Positions 31,121 to 41,458 of a stretch of DNA of 64,000 bases are shown here, piece after piece. Within the stretch, counting starts at the first letter, position 1. Every line of letters starts with the position of its first letter. The DNA is from a virus. The notes below the pieces were generated by a model that did no database searches, was not told where the DNA came from, and saw only the letters and a list, made by a program, of their open reading frames with translations. Both the position numbers and the translations under genes were made by a program. The stretch covers positions 64,001 to 128,000 of the IMG/VR virus record IMGVR_UViG_3300027801_002517. The stretch is one strand, 5' to 3'.

Positions 31121-31366
31121 CTAATTATTATGGAGAGAAACCTCATCAGGTTTGTTTCTGAATCTCTTAAGTGTCTCCAGCCTATCTTCAGCATCTGCTA
31201 AATTTGCCAAGGATTCTTGTAGGTTGTTGTGTAGATCTCCTGTACTATGGTCACCAATACCTGCTGGATGATCCAGCAACATATGTAGACTTGCTTCAGC
31301 CTTTACTTTGTCAGTAATAGCCTGATGGTACAAAGAATCTAATGCTAATTCACGATAACTACTCAT
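31121..31366 (-). CDS. Small conserved phage protein
   Basis: HPAGIGDH motif between two helices. Confidence 0.5.
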   Translation of the reverse strand: MSSYRELALDSLYHQAITDKVKAEASLHMLLDHPAGIGDHSTGDLHNNLQESLANLADAEDRLETLKRFRNKPDEVSLHNN

Positions 31367-32043
31367 AGTTCAAATGCCTCCAAGGTTAATTTAAATGGAT
31401 TTCCCTCTATACTTTTCACTTGCTCCAACATTGTAGCAGCAATCTCGCGAATTTCAAGTTGAGCATCAGGTTTATTTCGAAGATTTAAGAAATGTGCGAA
31501 CGATCTCCAGTTGAACATGATATCAGCAGTAATTTGACTGTTGTATGTCTTGAAGAATCTGGCTGATTCTTTTGCTCTCTTGCGTCCCATCCAAGGTTCG
31601 AGGTCTGCTATACATTGATGGTAAAGTTCATTACCTAGATTCGTGTACTTCTCTAAAATGTCCACCCATTCATCGTGAGGTTCAGCAAACGCTGTTGGAA
31701 AATCATCTGCGATATATGCAGTACATTCAGTCTCACCCCAATCTTCCGGTAGGTAATACTTATCTTCCTGCAATTCCTTATAACGAGCAGACTCAGCATT
31801 GACACTGACTCCCACTCTATGCTTTAAAATCTGAATATGTGAGGCAATATCCGTAGTTACTAAGAAATGTATAGAAGATTTCTCAAACGGAGTATGATGT
31901 CCCGCTTCAGCCAACATAGTAAGGAGCCTACCTATGCGTTTTTCCTTGTCTTCAGTAAATTCTCTGGAAGTAGAAGTCCAAGCAGAAAGTGCGTGACTTT
32001 TATCGCCACCATAATAACCAATCAATTCAACTTCGTTTTTCAT
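31363..32043 (-). CDS. thyX: Flavin-dependent thymidylate synthase
   Basis: HHTPFE, QILKHR...NAESARY, NWRS...LR, AQLEIR motifs. Confidence 0.9.
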   Translation of the reverse strand: MKNEVELIGYYGGDKSHALSAWTSTSREFTEDKEKRIGRLLTMLAEAGHHTPFEKSSIHFLVTTDIASHIQILKHRVGVSVNAESARYKELQEDKYYLPEDWGETECTAYIADDFPTAFAEPHDEWVDILEKYTNLGNELYHQCIADLEPWMGRKRAKESARFFKTYNSQITADIMFNWRSFAHFLNLRNKPDAQLEIREIAATMLEQVKSIEGNPFKLTLEAFEL

Positions 32044-32059
32044 AACTATCCTTCAATAT

Positions 32060-33010
32060 CTACCAGTTTTTACAAGACCAATATCGAGCCTTCCACTTTG
32101 GACCCGGAGTTTCACATTTGTGTCTTGCCCTAAAGCTTTTTCGTCGTGCAGGATTATCCTTCTTGATCTCCATATTTGGATCACCAAAGTTTACCTTAAC
32201 TACATTACCCTTTTCATTCTTAACATAGACTGAAAACTTCTTGGGACCATCTGGAGTTCTAAAAGGTTTATTTATCTTGACCTTTCTGCCTTGATATTCC
32301 GATGCACGAACTGGGATAAGAGTTCTACCGCCCTTCTTGTAGATACCTTTTCTCTCGTACTCATATACTTCACCAGTCTTAGGGTCTTTGTATTTAAAGC
32401 TACCCTTACTATCTTCTCCTTCATGCTTTTTGTACCAAGTCTGGAATTCTTTCATATTTTTACCGGGCATCCATAATGTTTTATTGTCTCCACTCTTGTG
32501 AGAATGAACACCAGATAGACCAATCTTTTCAGCCATTTTTTCAGCAGCTTCCTTAGAATCAAATACATAATCTTGCATTGGGCCAGCTTTATGTGCTACT
32601 GATTCCTGAGCTTTTTTGTAAGATTCTGGATCTGGACGGTCAGGATCTCCGGGTTTAGCTGGCTTATATTTCTTACCTTCACGTTCCTTCTTCTTACGGA
32701 TATTTTCCCATAATCCCGGTCTATCGGCTGCAATATCCCATTCTTCAATATCTTCATCCGCCTCAATATAATCATTTTCTTCTGGGACTACAAAATTATC
32801 TTCATTGATTTCTTCTTCAAAACCATAAGCTTCATATGAGAAACTAAAGTCAGCGGCTTCCATATAATCAAGAGATTCAGCGGCTTTACTTAAGCAAACA
32901 GCAGTTCTTTGTTTATTAGATGGATATTCTTCTTTTAACTGGTTATCACTCATACATCGTGACATAAAGTCATTGGGTTTTTCACCTTCTTTTTTACTTG
33001 GGATTGGCAT
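32060..33010 (-). CDS. Modular phage protein with a DUF6321-like C-terminus
   Basis: KKFSVYVK...VNFGDPNM...RRKSFRARHKC...ARYWSC motif; several short basic modules. Confidence 0.55.
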   Translation of the reverse strand: MPIPSKKEGEKPNDFMSRCMSDNQLKEEYPSNKQRTAVCLSKAAESLDYMEAADFSFSYEAYGFEEEINEDNFVVPEENDYIEADEDIEEWDIAADRPGLWENIRKKKEREGKKYKPAKPGDPDRPDPESYKKAQESVAHKAGPMQDYVFDSKEAAEKMAEKIGLSGVHSHKSGDNKTLWMPGKNMKEFQTWYKKHEGEDSKGSFKYKDPKTGEVYEYERKGIYKKGGRTLIPVRASEYQGRKVKINKPFRTPDGPKKFSVYVKNEKGNVVKVNFGDPNMEIKKDNPARRKSFRARHKCETPGPKWKARYWSCKNW

Positions 33011-33419
33011 AAATAACTCCTAAAAAATGTTCTATAGATGTTATAGTGTGATTATTGAATATATCGTTAACAAGTTTTTTCGCTTGTGTCTTTTTTTCTC
33101 CAAGGGAGGTTAAAGTTAAAATACAATCTTGTTGCAATTTAGAAGGTTGTTTTTTCTTCGTAACCTTCTTTTTAACTTTTTTCTTCTTGGGAGCAGCCTT
33201 ATACTTAGGTTTAGGCTTAAGCTTAGGTTTAGGTTCAATATCTGTGACGACAACAGGGCTTTGAGGTACTTCAGTTTCAAATTCTGCAATTTTTATTTCG
33301 CTAAAATTTGGAAGCCTAATAGATAGTACACCAAAACCATACAAAACACTTAAAATCATACAACCAACCGCAAAAATGATGGAGGTTTGATCAACTACTT
33401 CATCCCAATGCGTTATCAT
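32994..33419 (-). CDS. Membrane-anchored protein with a Lys-rich linker and a RuvA-CTD-like tail
   Basis: N-terminal TM, PK/K-rich linker, QDCILTLTSLGEKKTQAKKLV. Confidence 0.4.
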   Translation of the reverse strand: MITHWDEVVDQTSIIFAVGCMILSVLYGFGVLSIRLPNFSEIKIAEFETEVPQSPVVVTDIEPKPKLKPKPKYKAAPKKKKVKKKVTKKKQPSKLQQDCILTLTSLGEKKTQAKKLVNDIFNNHTITSIEHFLGVIYANPK

Positions 33420-33430
33420 TTTTATATCCT

Positions 33431-33456
33431 AAAAGCCGGTTTTGGTGAGATCCGGC
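33431..33456 (-). terminator. Possible terminator after ssb
   Basis: GCCGG...CCGGC stem plus U-tract on the minus strand. Confidence 0.4.
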
Positions 33457-33471
33457 AACTCATGTGAAAAT

Positions 33472-33789
33472 TTAATTAGGGCTTGGGCCTAAAGAAATCT
33501 TATCAGCAAAAATACTGCATGAGGTACGCATGTTGCTTTCGCTATCTTCATATTCTTCCACCTTAAGAGGACCAAGAACTGAAACAATACGACCCTTAGT
33601 CAGCTTATCATTCAGATTCTCTGCCATCTTACCAAAACACAACACATTTAGGAAGGTGGTTTCTTCCTCTTGTCCACGATAGCTATTAATAGCTATTCGA
33701 AATTTGGACATTGCAACACCCTTTTGAGTCTGAGAATACTCAGCGTCACGGGTCAACCGTCCACAACCATTAAAACAATTTACATTCAT
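33472..33789 (-). CDS. ssb: Single-stranded DNA-binding protein
   Basis: GRLTRDAE, FRIAIN, TTFLNVLCFGKMAE, KGRIVSVLG; no acidic tail. Confidence 0.85.
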   Translation of the reverse strand: MNVNCFNGCGRLTRDAEYSQTQKGVAMSKFRIAINSYRGQEEETTFLNVLCFGKMAENLNDKLTKGRIVSVLGPLKVEEYEDSESNMRTSCSIFADKISLGPSPN

Positions 33790-33809
33790 TCCTAGCTCTC
33801 CTAATCAAT

Positions 33810-34130
33810 CTAGCGGCTATTAACATTCGACAAGATTCTACCACGGACAACCTGAGCATTACCACGATTGGTACGGCTATGCGTTGCATCATACACATGC
33901 TGAGTAAAACTTCGAGGAAGACCAAGTGCTGAACCAGCCTTCATGGTTTCCTTCTTGTTATTACTGAAAGTCCCAAGACCCTTCTTGTGAGCTACAGCAG
34001 TAACAGGATTAAAAGTTTCACCCCTATCATTACCACGAGTTTTCGTAGCAGTAATAGTTGAATCTTCCATACCCCAACGATAACACTGAGGAAGATTGTT
34101 CAGTGTTTCATAAAAATCGCTTCTATCCAT
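33810..34130 (-). CDS. Hypothetical protein (likely start MDRSDF)
   Basis: AGGAG SD upstream of the ATG near 34130. Confidence 0.5.
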   Translation of the reverse strand: MDRSDFYETLNNLPQCYRWGMEDSTITATKTRGNDRGETFNPVTAVAHKKGLGTFSNNKKETMKAGSALGLPRSFTQHVYDATHSRTNRGNAQVVRGRILSNVNSR

Positions 34131-34182
34131 CTTAACTCTCCTAACAAAAAACATTAAAAACAAACTCCCACAGTGGGAATTA

Positions 34183-34374
34183 TCATTCAGACTCAGCACC
34201 TTCAACTACCTCCTCATTTGTTTGGTCAGCTTGCAAGGTCTGCAATCCTTCATTTAAGTATTCAACCATTCTTTCTTTTTCTGAATTCAATTCAGCAATC
34301 TTCTGGTCAATTACTTGAACTTCTCTTTGCACATTCAACAGGTGGGCTTCCGCCATTTCTCGTTCGCTTGGCAT
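34183..34374 (-). CDS. Small coiled-coil protein
   Basis: AAGGAG SD; heptad pattern. Confidence 0.5.
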   Translation of the reverse strand: MPSEREMAEAHLLNVQREVQVIDQKIAELNSEKERMVEYLNEGLQTLQADQTNEEVVEGAESE

Positions 34375-34482
34375 TTCTTCTCCTTAGTGAGGTAGTATAC
34401 TAATTATAGCACACTGGAACAATAAAGTTAAGTACTTTATTTAAGATTATTTGTAATTTGATAAAATATTCAACCATTGTGG

Positions 34483-34920
34483 TTAGGGTGATACATCATA
34501 TTCTATGACATACACTTCTGCTTCTTCAAACATCTTGCGAGATATCTCAAAGTCTTCCTGCCATCTCTTGTTATCTGATTTAAAAGAAATCACCCTACTG
34601 ATGCCAGATTGAATAATCATACCAGCACATACAGAACAAGGCAAGAAAGGATAAGTATAAATATGACAATGTTTAACATCTGTATTAGCAAAAAGCAAGG
34701 CATTTCTTTCCGCATGTACAATCATTTTGTATTTTTCTTCTCGATCATCCAACCTTTCGTCGTCTGCTACGCCTTTTGGGAAACCATTGTATCCCACAGA
34801 TACAACACGTTTATCATCATCCACAATTATAGCACCAACTTTAGTCGAAGGATCTTTAGACCAAGTAGAAGCATTCTGAGCCATTTCTAAGAATCTCATA
34901 TCCCATCTCTTAAGAATCAT
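34483..34920 (-). CDS. dCMP deaminase
   Basis: SKDPSTKVGA, GYNGFP, HAERNA, PCSVC zinc motifs. Confidence 0.9.
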   Translation of the reverse strand: MILKRWDMRFLEMAQNASTWSKDPSTKVGAIIVDDDKRVVSVGYNGFPKGVADDERLDDREEKYKMIVHAERNALLFANTDVKHCHIYTYPFLPCSVCAGMIIQSGISRVISFKSDNKRWQEDFEISRKMFEEAEVYVIEYDVSP

Positions 34921-35420
34921 AGTTTAAATTCCTTGAGAACTTTATCAATTTTCTTAAGCTCATCTTGTGACTCTCTTTGCATTTTTGCAGCATTGTTAAT
35001 CAGAACACTGGATGACTCCGCCTTGCTTCCACCAACATTATACTCACTGGTTAACTGATGATTATTTTTAGAACAAAATTTTTCTTCTGGAGTATTGCTA
35101 TCACCTCTGTCTCCACCATTACAAAACATGAAATGATTTCTACCATTTGCTTGATTTTGAATTATAACATGCTTCAATGTTTCTAAAACACTGGAATCTT
35201 TATCACGAGATAAAACAACTTTATCAACACATCGTAAAGCAGAAACAATTCTAATTCTATCTTCTTCACTCATAAATGGGGTGCTACGCTTGACTGCAAC
35301 CTGATGATCATTATTTATAATAACAATTAACTTATCGGCTATTTTTTTCGCTGCCTCCATGTAATCTAAATGACCAACATGTAAAGGATTAAAATACCCA
35401 GATATAATTGCTATTTTCAT
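34917..35420 (-). CDS. Cytidylyltransferase-family nucleotidyltransferase (TagD/RfaE-like)
   Basis: SGYFNPLHVGH (HIGH), NGGDR, SSS motifs. Confidence 0.8.
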   Translation of the reverse strand: MKIAIISGYFNPLHVGHLDYMEAAKKIADKLIVIINNDHQVAVKRSTPFMSEEDRIRIVSALRCVDKVVLSRDKDSSVLETLKHVIIQNQANGRNHFMFCNGGDRGDSNTPEEKFCSKNNHQLTSEYNVGGSKAESSSVLINNAAKMQRESQDELKKIDKVLKEFKL

Positions 35421-36074
35421 TTTTTCTTCTTTCTTTTACCAGATTGTTCAATCTTACCAATGAAACAATAGTAACATAAAGGCTCAGGTAAGAAATCGAA
35501 AACTCTTTTAAAATGTCTTACAGTACCATTCCTATCTCTTAGCATATAATGTTCTACTTCTCTACCTTTAGCACCTAATTCAGAACCATGAGTAAAAATT
35601 TCTCCACCGTATCGAAGCTTAAGAATAAAAGCCCAACAATAACAATTCCCAACGCAGTACATCCTATGTATCTCCATCCAAATATTCGTAGAATCGATCC
35701 ATGAGTCTATCGTAAGTATTAGAGTTCCTCAAGCTCCCTGCTATAGTCTTGTAAAGTTTCTTAGGGAATAAGATCATACCATGTTGCTCAAACTTGTCAA
35801 TAGGTATTTGCTTTATTTCTTGAGAATCTTTACACACAACCATCTTTTTGATTTTTGGTTTTAGCTGAACTGTCCAATCTTCAATGCTAACCTTAAATCC
35901 TTTAGCCATACACTCCCCTGTTAACCATATAAATAAGTAATTACCAATGCAATTCCACAAATAATAAAAGTAAATGTGATACCAATCCCCAACCCAAATA
36001 TCATCATCATAATATATTGATCAAGTATTCTTTGTATCTTTTCTGGCTTTGGCATATTAGGCTCCCGTAAAGAG

Positions 36075-36341
36075 TGGAGATGGGGGGAATCGAACCCCCG
36101 TCCTGTATAACCACAAATAATAATCTCATTCACATGTTTAGCCTCTAAGAGGCGATCTCAGCTTATACGACAGTATATCCAGCTTGGGTTTACAGGGTGC
36201 TAGACAACCCCTACTGCTACGCAGCGAGTGCAAAACTAGTAGTTTTAGCATCTATTGTTTAGTCAGCTTTTTACGAGGCCCACTGACCAACCTCGACATG
36301 CGATCATTACCATTAATTATCAGTCAATTCCAGTCATCCCC
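36075..36341 (-). ncRNA. ssrA: tmRNA, compact (267 nt); tag peptide (A)AKTTSFALAA at 36249-36217
   Basis: 5' GGGGATG pairs with 3' CATCTCC-A with G3:U; T-arm GGGGGTTCGATTCCCCC; pk1 (CGAGG/CCTCG, GTCAG/CTGAC); tag ends FALAA-stop. Confidence 0.92.
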
Positions 36342-36342
36342 A

Positions 36343-36990
36343 TTATAATTGTTCTTGTTTAAACCATAAATCAAAATCTTGTTGTTTTAAAATGATTCCG
36401 GGTTTTCCTCCCATATATGGAATCTTCTGGATATTTCCCATATCCATATTTGTCTGTAGGAATACATCTACTGTATCAGGCCACATAATTCCCCATTTTA
36501 GTTGATTCGCTTTTGATTCAATCAACTCAATATAGTTTTCTAAATTATAATCTTTTGGTTTTTTAAGGTTTGTACCACAATTGACAGAATTATAAATAAA
36601 GAGAATAGCGGCATCTTCTTTAATGTATGCTTTTAGGTCATTAACCTTGAGCGTAAATTTCCCTGCCGTTGGAACCCACTTCATTTCTAAGGGTAAGTCT
36701 TTAACAGCAACGCGATTGAAATGATGAACCGCCAAATCGATATCAACCATGAAGTCAGCACCAGCAGTATTGGTGCCTGTCTCTACATATTCACCATCAT
36801 TACCGATACCATTATCTCTTACGTTAGATAATACAATATCATTGCGACTATTGCAAATAGAAACCCATTTATCGAAGAAATATTTTTCAACCATTGTACC
36901 AAACTTGATGTCCTTTTTGAAGGTACTCTTGGTTCTGTTATCAAATCTTTTATCTGTCATAATCAAAAGCCGGGCCGAAGCCCGGCTCAA
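36343..36990 (-). CDS. Putative PD-(D/E)XK nuclease (likely start MTDKRF)
   Basis: E...GADF...LEMK catalytic-like pattern. Confidence 0.45.
   Translation of the reverse strand: MSRASARLLIMTDKRFDNRTKSTFKKDIKFGTMVEKYFFDKWVSICNSRNDIVLSNVRDNGIGNDGEYVETGTNTAGADFMVDIDLAVHHFNRVAVKDLPLEMKWVPTAGKFTLKVNDLKAYIKEDAAILFIYNSVNCGTNLKKPKDYNLENYIELIESKANQLKWGIMWPDTVDVFLQTNMDMGNIQKIPYMGGKPGIILKQQDFDLWFKQEQL
36965..36987 (-). terminator. Terminator with a cUUCGg tetraloop
   Basis: Minus strand AGCCGGGC-TTCG-GCCCGGCT-TTT. Confidence 0.7.
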
Positions 36991-36999
36991 CTCCTTTAA

Positions 37000-37350
37000 C
37001 TATCTAATACGGCGATAAAAACCAGGACGATAATACCAACGAGGTCGTCGGTATTCATAAGTACGAGGCTCTGGGAGACAAATGGGAGTCTTGAATGGAG
37101 CTGCTACAGCAGAACCGATTCCATGTACTATACCTGAAGTAGTATTGTACACATAATCTCCTGTCGCCCTAAAGATATCGCATGGAGCAATACAATGGAA
37201 TCTCCTAACTCGTGGTCCACAACAATCCGTTGGTGCAGCAATTTCTGTAAATGCAGGATCTGGATATGGCTCTAGAGTCGGCTCTGCCGATTCTCCCGCC
37301 ATAACTGATGACCCCACAACACAACACAACGCGAAAATACAGTTTCTCAT
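37000..37350 (-). CDS. Secreted Cys/Pro/Arg-rich protein, Planctomycete-style
   Basis: Signal peptide; CCGP, Y/R/P-rich tail. Confidence 0.5.
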   Translation of the reverse strand: MRNCIFALCCVVGSSVMAGESAEPTLEPYPDPAFTEIAAPTDCCGPRVRRFHCIAPCDIFRATGDYVYNTTSGIVHGIGSAVAAPFKTPICLPEPRTYEYRRPRWYYRPGFYRRIR

Positions 37351-37821
37351 TTACTTACCTTTCTTGGTCTTAGTAGCGAAACCTTCCTGTACCATAACTT
37401 CTGATACATTTTCTAATTTACCATCCCCATCCAGATCTTTCCAAAGGAAAGCAAGAACCCGTCCAAAGGTAAAGGAATCTTGAATTCTCTCTGTCATAGG
37501 AATTTCTATAATTATTTTATCGTCTTCGGCGAGCAAAGACTTTAGATATTCTTTAGATTTTAAACCAAGTTCCTTTTCTTCTATATCCTTGGTGCGTACC
37601 TCTGGTGCCCAACAGTCAAGCATTCGTACACGGATTTGTTTTTGAATACTAACCACTACTGTATCACCATCATAAACTTCTTCAACTACAGCACTTGTAG
37701 TTAAATTTTGTTCAGGTTGATTACTCGCAGCAGCTATAACCCAAAATAAATTAGTTGCTACTAATGTAATTAATATACTTAATTGATTTTTTCTATCAAA
37801 GAATTTTTTCATGATGTCCAA
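37351..37821 (-). CDS. Thermonuclease (SNase) family protein with an N-terminal TM/signal
   Basis: EVYDGDT, IRVRMLDCWAPE, FGRVLA, MVQEGFA motifs. Confidence 0.8.
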   Translation of the reverse strand: MDIMKKFFDRKNQLSILITLVATNLFWVIAAASNQPEQNLTTSAVVEEVYDGDTVVVSIQKQIRVRMLDCWAPEVRTKDIEEKELGLKSKEYLKSLLAEDDKIIIEIPMTERIQDSFTFGRVLAFLWKDLDGDGKLENVSEVMVQEGFATKTKKGK

Positions 37822-38195
37822 TACTGATAATAAAAGTCTATAACTGATTTAAATATATTTGCTCGAAAGCCTCCTGCAGATGGACCCCCTGAATATGTTA
37901 TATAGTAAAAGAGCCATAACTGAAAAAAGAAAATAAAAGGTATAACTACCCTGAATTTATTTTTGACCAAAAAACACATTAATAATACAGATAATAGCGT
38001 ACCAATCATTTTAGCCTTGATGAAGCTATAAACACCATAATTATTGATTATATACAATCCCATAGGATTTTGTTCTGATTCAGGTAGTAACTCTGCGTGG
38101 ATAAGACTTAAAGTATTATCATAAGCTGAAATTATACCTATAGCTAATATCATACTCAAATATACCAACTTGGTGCTGGTATCGTTAGTATTCAT
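37809..38195 (-). CDS. Multi-pass membrane protein
   Basis: Three or four hydrophobic helices; D..T...E.NP pattern. Confidence 0.5.
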   Translation of the reverse strand: MNTNDTSTKLVYLSMILAIGIISAYDNTLSLIHAELLPESEQNPMGLYIINNYGVYSFIKAKMIGTLLSVLLMCFLVKNKFRVVIPFIFFFQLWLFYYITYSGGPSAGGFRANIFKSVIDFYYQYWTS

Positions 38196-38494
38196 TATGT
38201 ACCCCCAAGTGTTAAAAAATGATTTACACTTGGTTTATACACTTCATTCATCTTCCCAATCAAACTCTGCGAGCTGTTCATTACTAGCATTATATGTTTC
38301 AATAACATTAAAATCCTCTTCCTCCCACCACGATGTGTGTTCAGGATAGTAGTCCTCTGTGAGATCAAAATCCTCAATCAACCCTTGTGGTTGGGGGAGT
38401 ACAAACTTGCCCACTACGACATGAGAATCATTAATTGCATTAAAAGACATAAGTAAAAACTCTTCCTGTAAATTCATTATAAAACCTAAAACAA

Positions 38495-38566
38495 TGGGAA
38501 TGCCCAGATTCGAACTGGAATCAAATGTTTAGAAGACATTTATGTTATCCGTTACACTACATTCCC
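38495..38566 (-). tRNA. tRNA-Arg(TCT)
   Basis: Acceptor GGGAATG/CATTCCC, anticodon arm AATGT-CTTCTAA-ACATT, TTCGAAT loop; CCA not encoded. Confidence 0.85.
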
Positions 38567-38605
38567 CAATTAATATTATAGTTGAGTCATTGGTAATGTG
38601 AAGGG

Positions 38606-39580
38606 TTATTCTGAAAAATCTCCATAAAATGTGGTAACATTTTTTTGCCAATATTGATTTAAACCAGTTACATCACGGGAATCATCTAAGGGACAGTAAA
38701 CATTCCCTAAAAAATTAATATATTCCTGAATATCTTCAGTGTCTCCACCGTGTTGTTCATATCTATCCCAGTTTTTCTGTACAGTGGCGGCACACCAACC
38801 AGCCTGAGATCTATATGTAGGATCTACATCGGGATGTAAAATACCATACTCTCTACCTTCAGCACCATTTTCTGCATACCTAATAGCCGCCACAAGAGGT
38901 GCTAATTTAGTATGGAGATCTGGTCTAATATTTGATTCAATAGCTTCACAGAAATCTCCTAAGCCATCTGTGCCATCCTTGTCTTGCAATTTTTGTTCAA
39001 ATGTTACTAATATTGAATTTGGACTAGGAAGTTTTACTTTAGGTTTATCTTCTGTGCCTTCATCTTCATCTGCATATCTCATCTTCAGTAATGTATATTT
39101 TAACTTGTCGTGCTGAATTGTTAGACCATAAGTAAGTCTTTTAATCTGCGTGGCAATTTCTTTTGCATCATAAATAGCATCTGATATTTGATATACTGTA
39201 TCCTCATCAGGTAAATCTATCCAATCAGGATTTTTTTCTCTTTCAAGAGGCCAAAGGGAAGTACACTCAGGACAAAGAAATCCCTGTTTGTCATCTGAGT
39301 TATGACTGTCTTGATAGTGGGTAAATCTCATAAGCAAATCTGAATTATAAAAAATCACATTAGTGGCATTTTCAAGTTCTTTATAGATCTGTTCATTACC
39401 ATCGTGTAAGGATTGCTGGTTAACATACCTGTCATCACATCTTTGTAAAAAGAGATAGAGATTTACAAGGATCATAATCAATAATGATAACTGCAAACAT
39501 CTAAATTCAACTTTATGTCGGCCTGTTTTAGTTTCTTGTTCTTTAGTCATAATTCCTCTTTCTATATAATTATCGTCCAT
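38606..39580 (-). CDS. Membrane-anchored protein with a possible lysozyme-like C-terminal domain
   Basis: N-terminal TM; LVAAIRYAENG...YGIL...YCP...WQKNV resembles lysozyme-superfamily catalytic Glu helix. Confidence 0.4.
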   Translation of the reverse strand: MDDNYIERGIMTKEQETKTGRHKVEFRCLQLSLLIMILVNLYLFLQRCDDRYVNQQSLHDGNEQIYKELENATNVIFYNSDLLMRFTHYQDSHNSDDKQGFLCPECTSLWPLEREKNPDWIDLPDEDTVYQISDAIYDAKEIATQIKRLTYGLTIQHDKLKYTLLKMRYADEDEGTEDKPKVKLPSPNSILVTFEQKLQDKDGTDGLGDFCEAIESNIRPDLHTKLAPLVAAIRYAENGAEGREYGILHPDVDPTYRSQAGWCAATVQKNWDRYEQHGGDTEDIQEYINFLGNVYCPLDDSRDVTGLNQYWQKNVTTFYGDFSE

Positions 39581-39920
39581 ATTTATCTGAAAGTCTTACG
39601 ATGTCCCCTTCGTCACATTTTCCTCCTTGTATTTCATAAATTTCAAGAGCTTCGTCTCCAGTATTCTTCACCATGTGTGTTTCAGTGGGTAGAATAACAA
39701 TGTGGTCACCTTCGGAAATAGATAGTTCGGAATTATCAATAGTAATAACACCTTCTCCCGATGCAATAAACCAAAATTCCATACGTTCTTTATGATATTG
39801 TTCGGATAATTGCTGGTCGGGATCTACTATAATTCTTTTAAATACAACTTTTTTATGCTCTGGTCGATAAATATCAATATAATACCCCCAAGGCTTCTCA
39901 ATTAACTTATGCGTTGGCAC
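39570..39920 (-). CDS. Cupin, mannose-6-phosphate isomerase type II-like
   Basis: KPWG, LSEQYH..R.E.W, H...N, EIQ.G...E.DIVRL.D.YGR signature; likely GTG start at 39920. Confidence 0.8.
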   Translation of the reverse strand: MPTHKLIEKPWGYYIDIYRPEHKKVVFKRIIVDPDQQLSEQYHKERMEFWFIASGEGVITIDNSELSISEGDHIVILPTETHMVKNTGDEALEIYEIQGGKCDEGDIVRLSDKYGR

Positions 39921-39921
39921 C

Positions 39922-40263
39922 TTACAACTCCTCAATACGTTTAGCCTTGTCATCAACAACAAGATCAAAATGTGGCTTTTCATCACCAACTTTTAACTCA
40001 TGAAACTTACAACCCCAACTGTTCAATTGAGTCAATGTGTGATTGCGATAATTCTTGCCAGAAGTTGAACCACGAGCTGTCCAATAAATAATTTTCCATC
40101 CCTCATCATATAGATTATTAATTTTTGCTATATTATCATGACTTGGTTCTGATAAATCATAGCGACGTTCACCAGAATAAAAACAAATTGTTTCATCAAT
40201 ATCTATAAATGCAACTTTTTGTTTGCCTTCCGGGCTAAATCTTGCTGCCTCATGAAATTCCAT
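39922..40263 (-). CDS. HAD-superfamily phosphatase
   Basis: FIDIDETIC, WTARG, KP, VDDKA motifs. Confidence 0.75.
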   Translation of the reverse strand: MEFHEAARFSPEGKQKVAFIDIDETICFYSGERRYDLSEPSHDNIAKINNLYDEGWKIIYWTARGSTSGKNYRNHTLTQLNSWGCKFHELKVGDEKPHFDLVVDDKAKRIEEL

Positions 40264-40582
40264 ATTAATCCCTTCTAATAGTTAAATCTATAATTTCTCC
40301 ACTTTCAGTTAATTCCACGAAGAAAGAATCGCTTAAATTGATAGTGGGTACTACTTTATCTTCTTGAGTATATAAAGTCCAAACATCTATTCTAAAATTA
40401 TTCTGAAAAACATTTTTAGCGTCTATTTTGAATTTATTTTTAAGAATATTTTCAGATACATTGTTAGAAATAAATTCATGCAACAATTCAGAATCTATAT
40501 TCTTGTATACTTTTTCTGGTGTATTTTTTTTATTAATTGTCTTCTTAGGTTTTTTAGGATTCTTCAACACTTTATTTCCTTT

Positions 40583-40831
40583 TTAAGATTTATTTTTTTT
40601 CCATGAAAAAAGATTGTTCAGATATTTTTTTCGTTTGGAACAATTACATTCTTGTAATCCAAACCAATTTTTAAATCTTTCCTCGGTAATTCCAAACCTC
40701 GTAAGAGTTTCCTCTAATGCATCACCCAGTCCTGTTACTTCATTCTCTTTAGAGTTAAACTTTACACCTTTAGCATTTAATTCATTTATAACTAAATCCA
40801 TTTCGTGTCTAATTTGATTTTGGTCGCTCAT
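40583..40831 (-). CDS. Small conserved phage protein
   Basis: GLGD...CNCSKRKKYLN motif. Confidence 0.5.
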   Translation of the reverse strand: MSDQNQIRHEMDLVINELNAKGVKFNSKENEVTGLGDALEETLTRFGITEERFKNWFGLQECNCSKRKKYLNNLFSWKKNKS

Positions 40832-41458
40832 TTATTCTCCAATCTTTATAGATTAGGATGGACAGTACTCTGTATTTTGCTGGTAAATTAATTCATAATA
40901 CAGGACTTGGTTTTCCTCTTCAGAAAAAACAGCTTCTCCGTATAAATATCCTTCATCTATTAATCTATCAACAACTTCACGCTCAATATCATTTAAGTCA
41001 CTGATATCCATACCTTCAAATCTCTTCGCTATCCAATCCAATGTCGTCATCATTTGTTATATTCCTATTCCTGAAGAAATCTAGTGCGTTTAGTATACCA
41101 TCTACCGCTATGATTAAATCCCTGACTTGATTTGGAGTCATTTCAATGCCGTGTAGTGCAAAGAAATCCCTTGTTTCATATTCATCTCCACTATTATATC
41201 TTAATTGTTCCTCTGTATTAACCAAAAAAGATACCCAATCTAAAAAAGCCAGTTTTGTCCTCTCATTTTGTATTATTGACTGAAGTTCGTCATTTAATTT
41301 TTGAAAAAGATATTCATCTTCATCTTCATCTTCGGAATAACTCATATTAAATCTTTCTCATAGAGTATGATACTATGTAATTATACCCGAAATAGTATAT
41401 TATGATGGAAAAATAAGGATATGCTGATGAATTAATAGCAACATATCCTTAATTTAGT

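Noticed and set aside
35921-36133. 70-aa ORF as given in the track
   Set aside because: Its 5' half overlaps the tmRNA 3' end; any real gene starts at about 36055 (MPKPEK).
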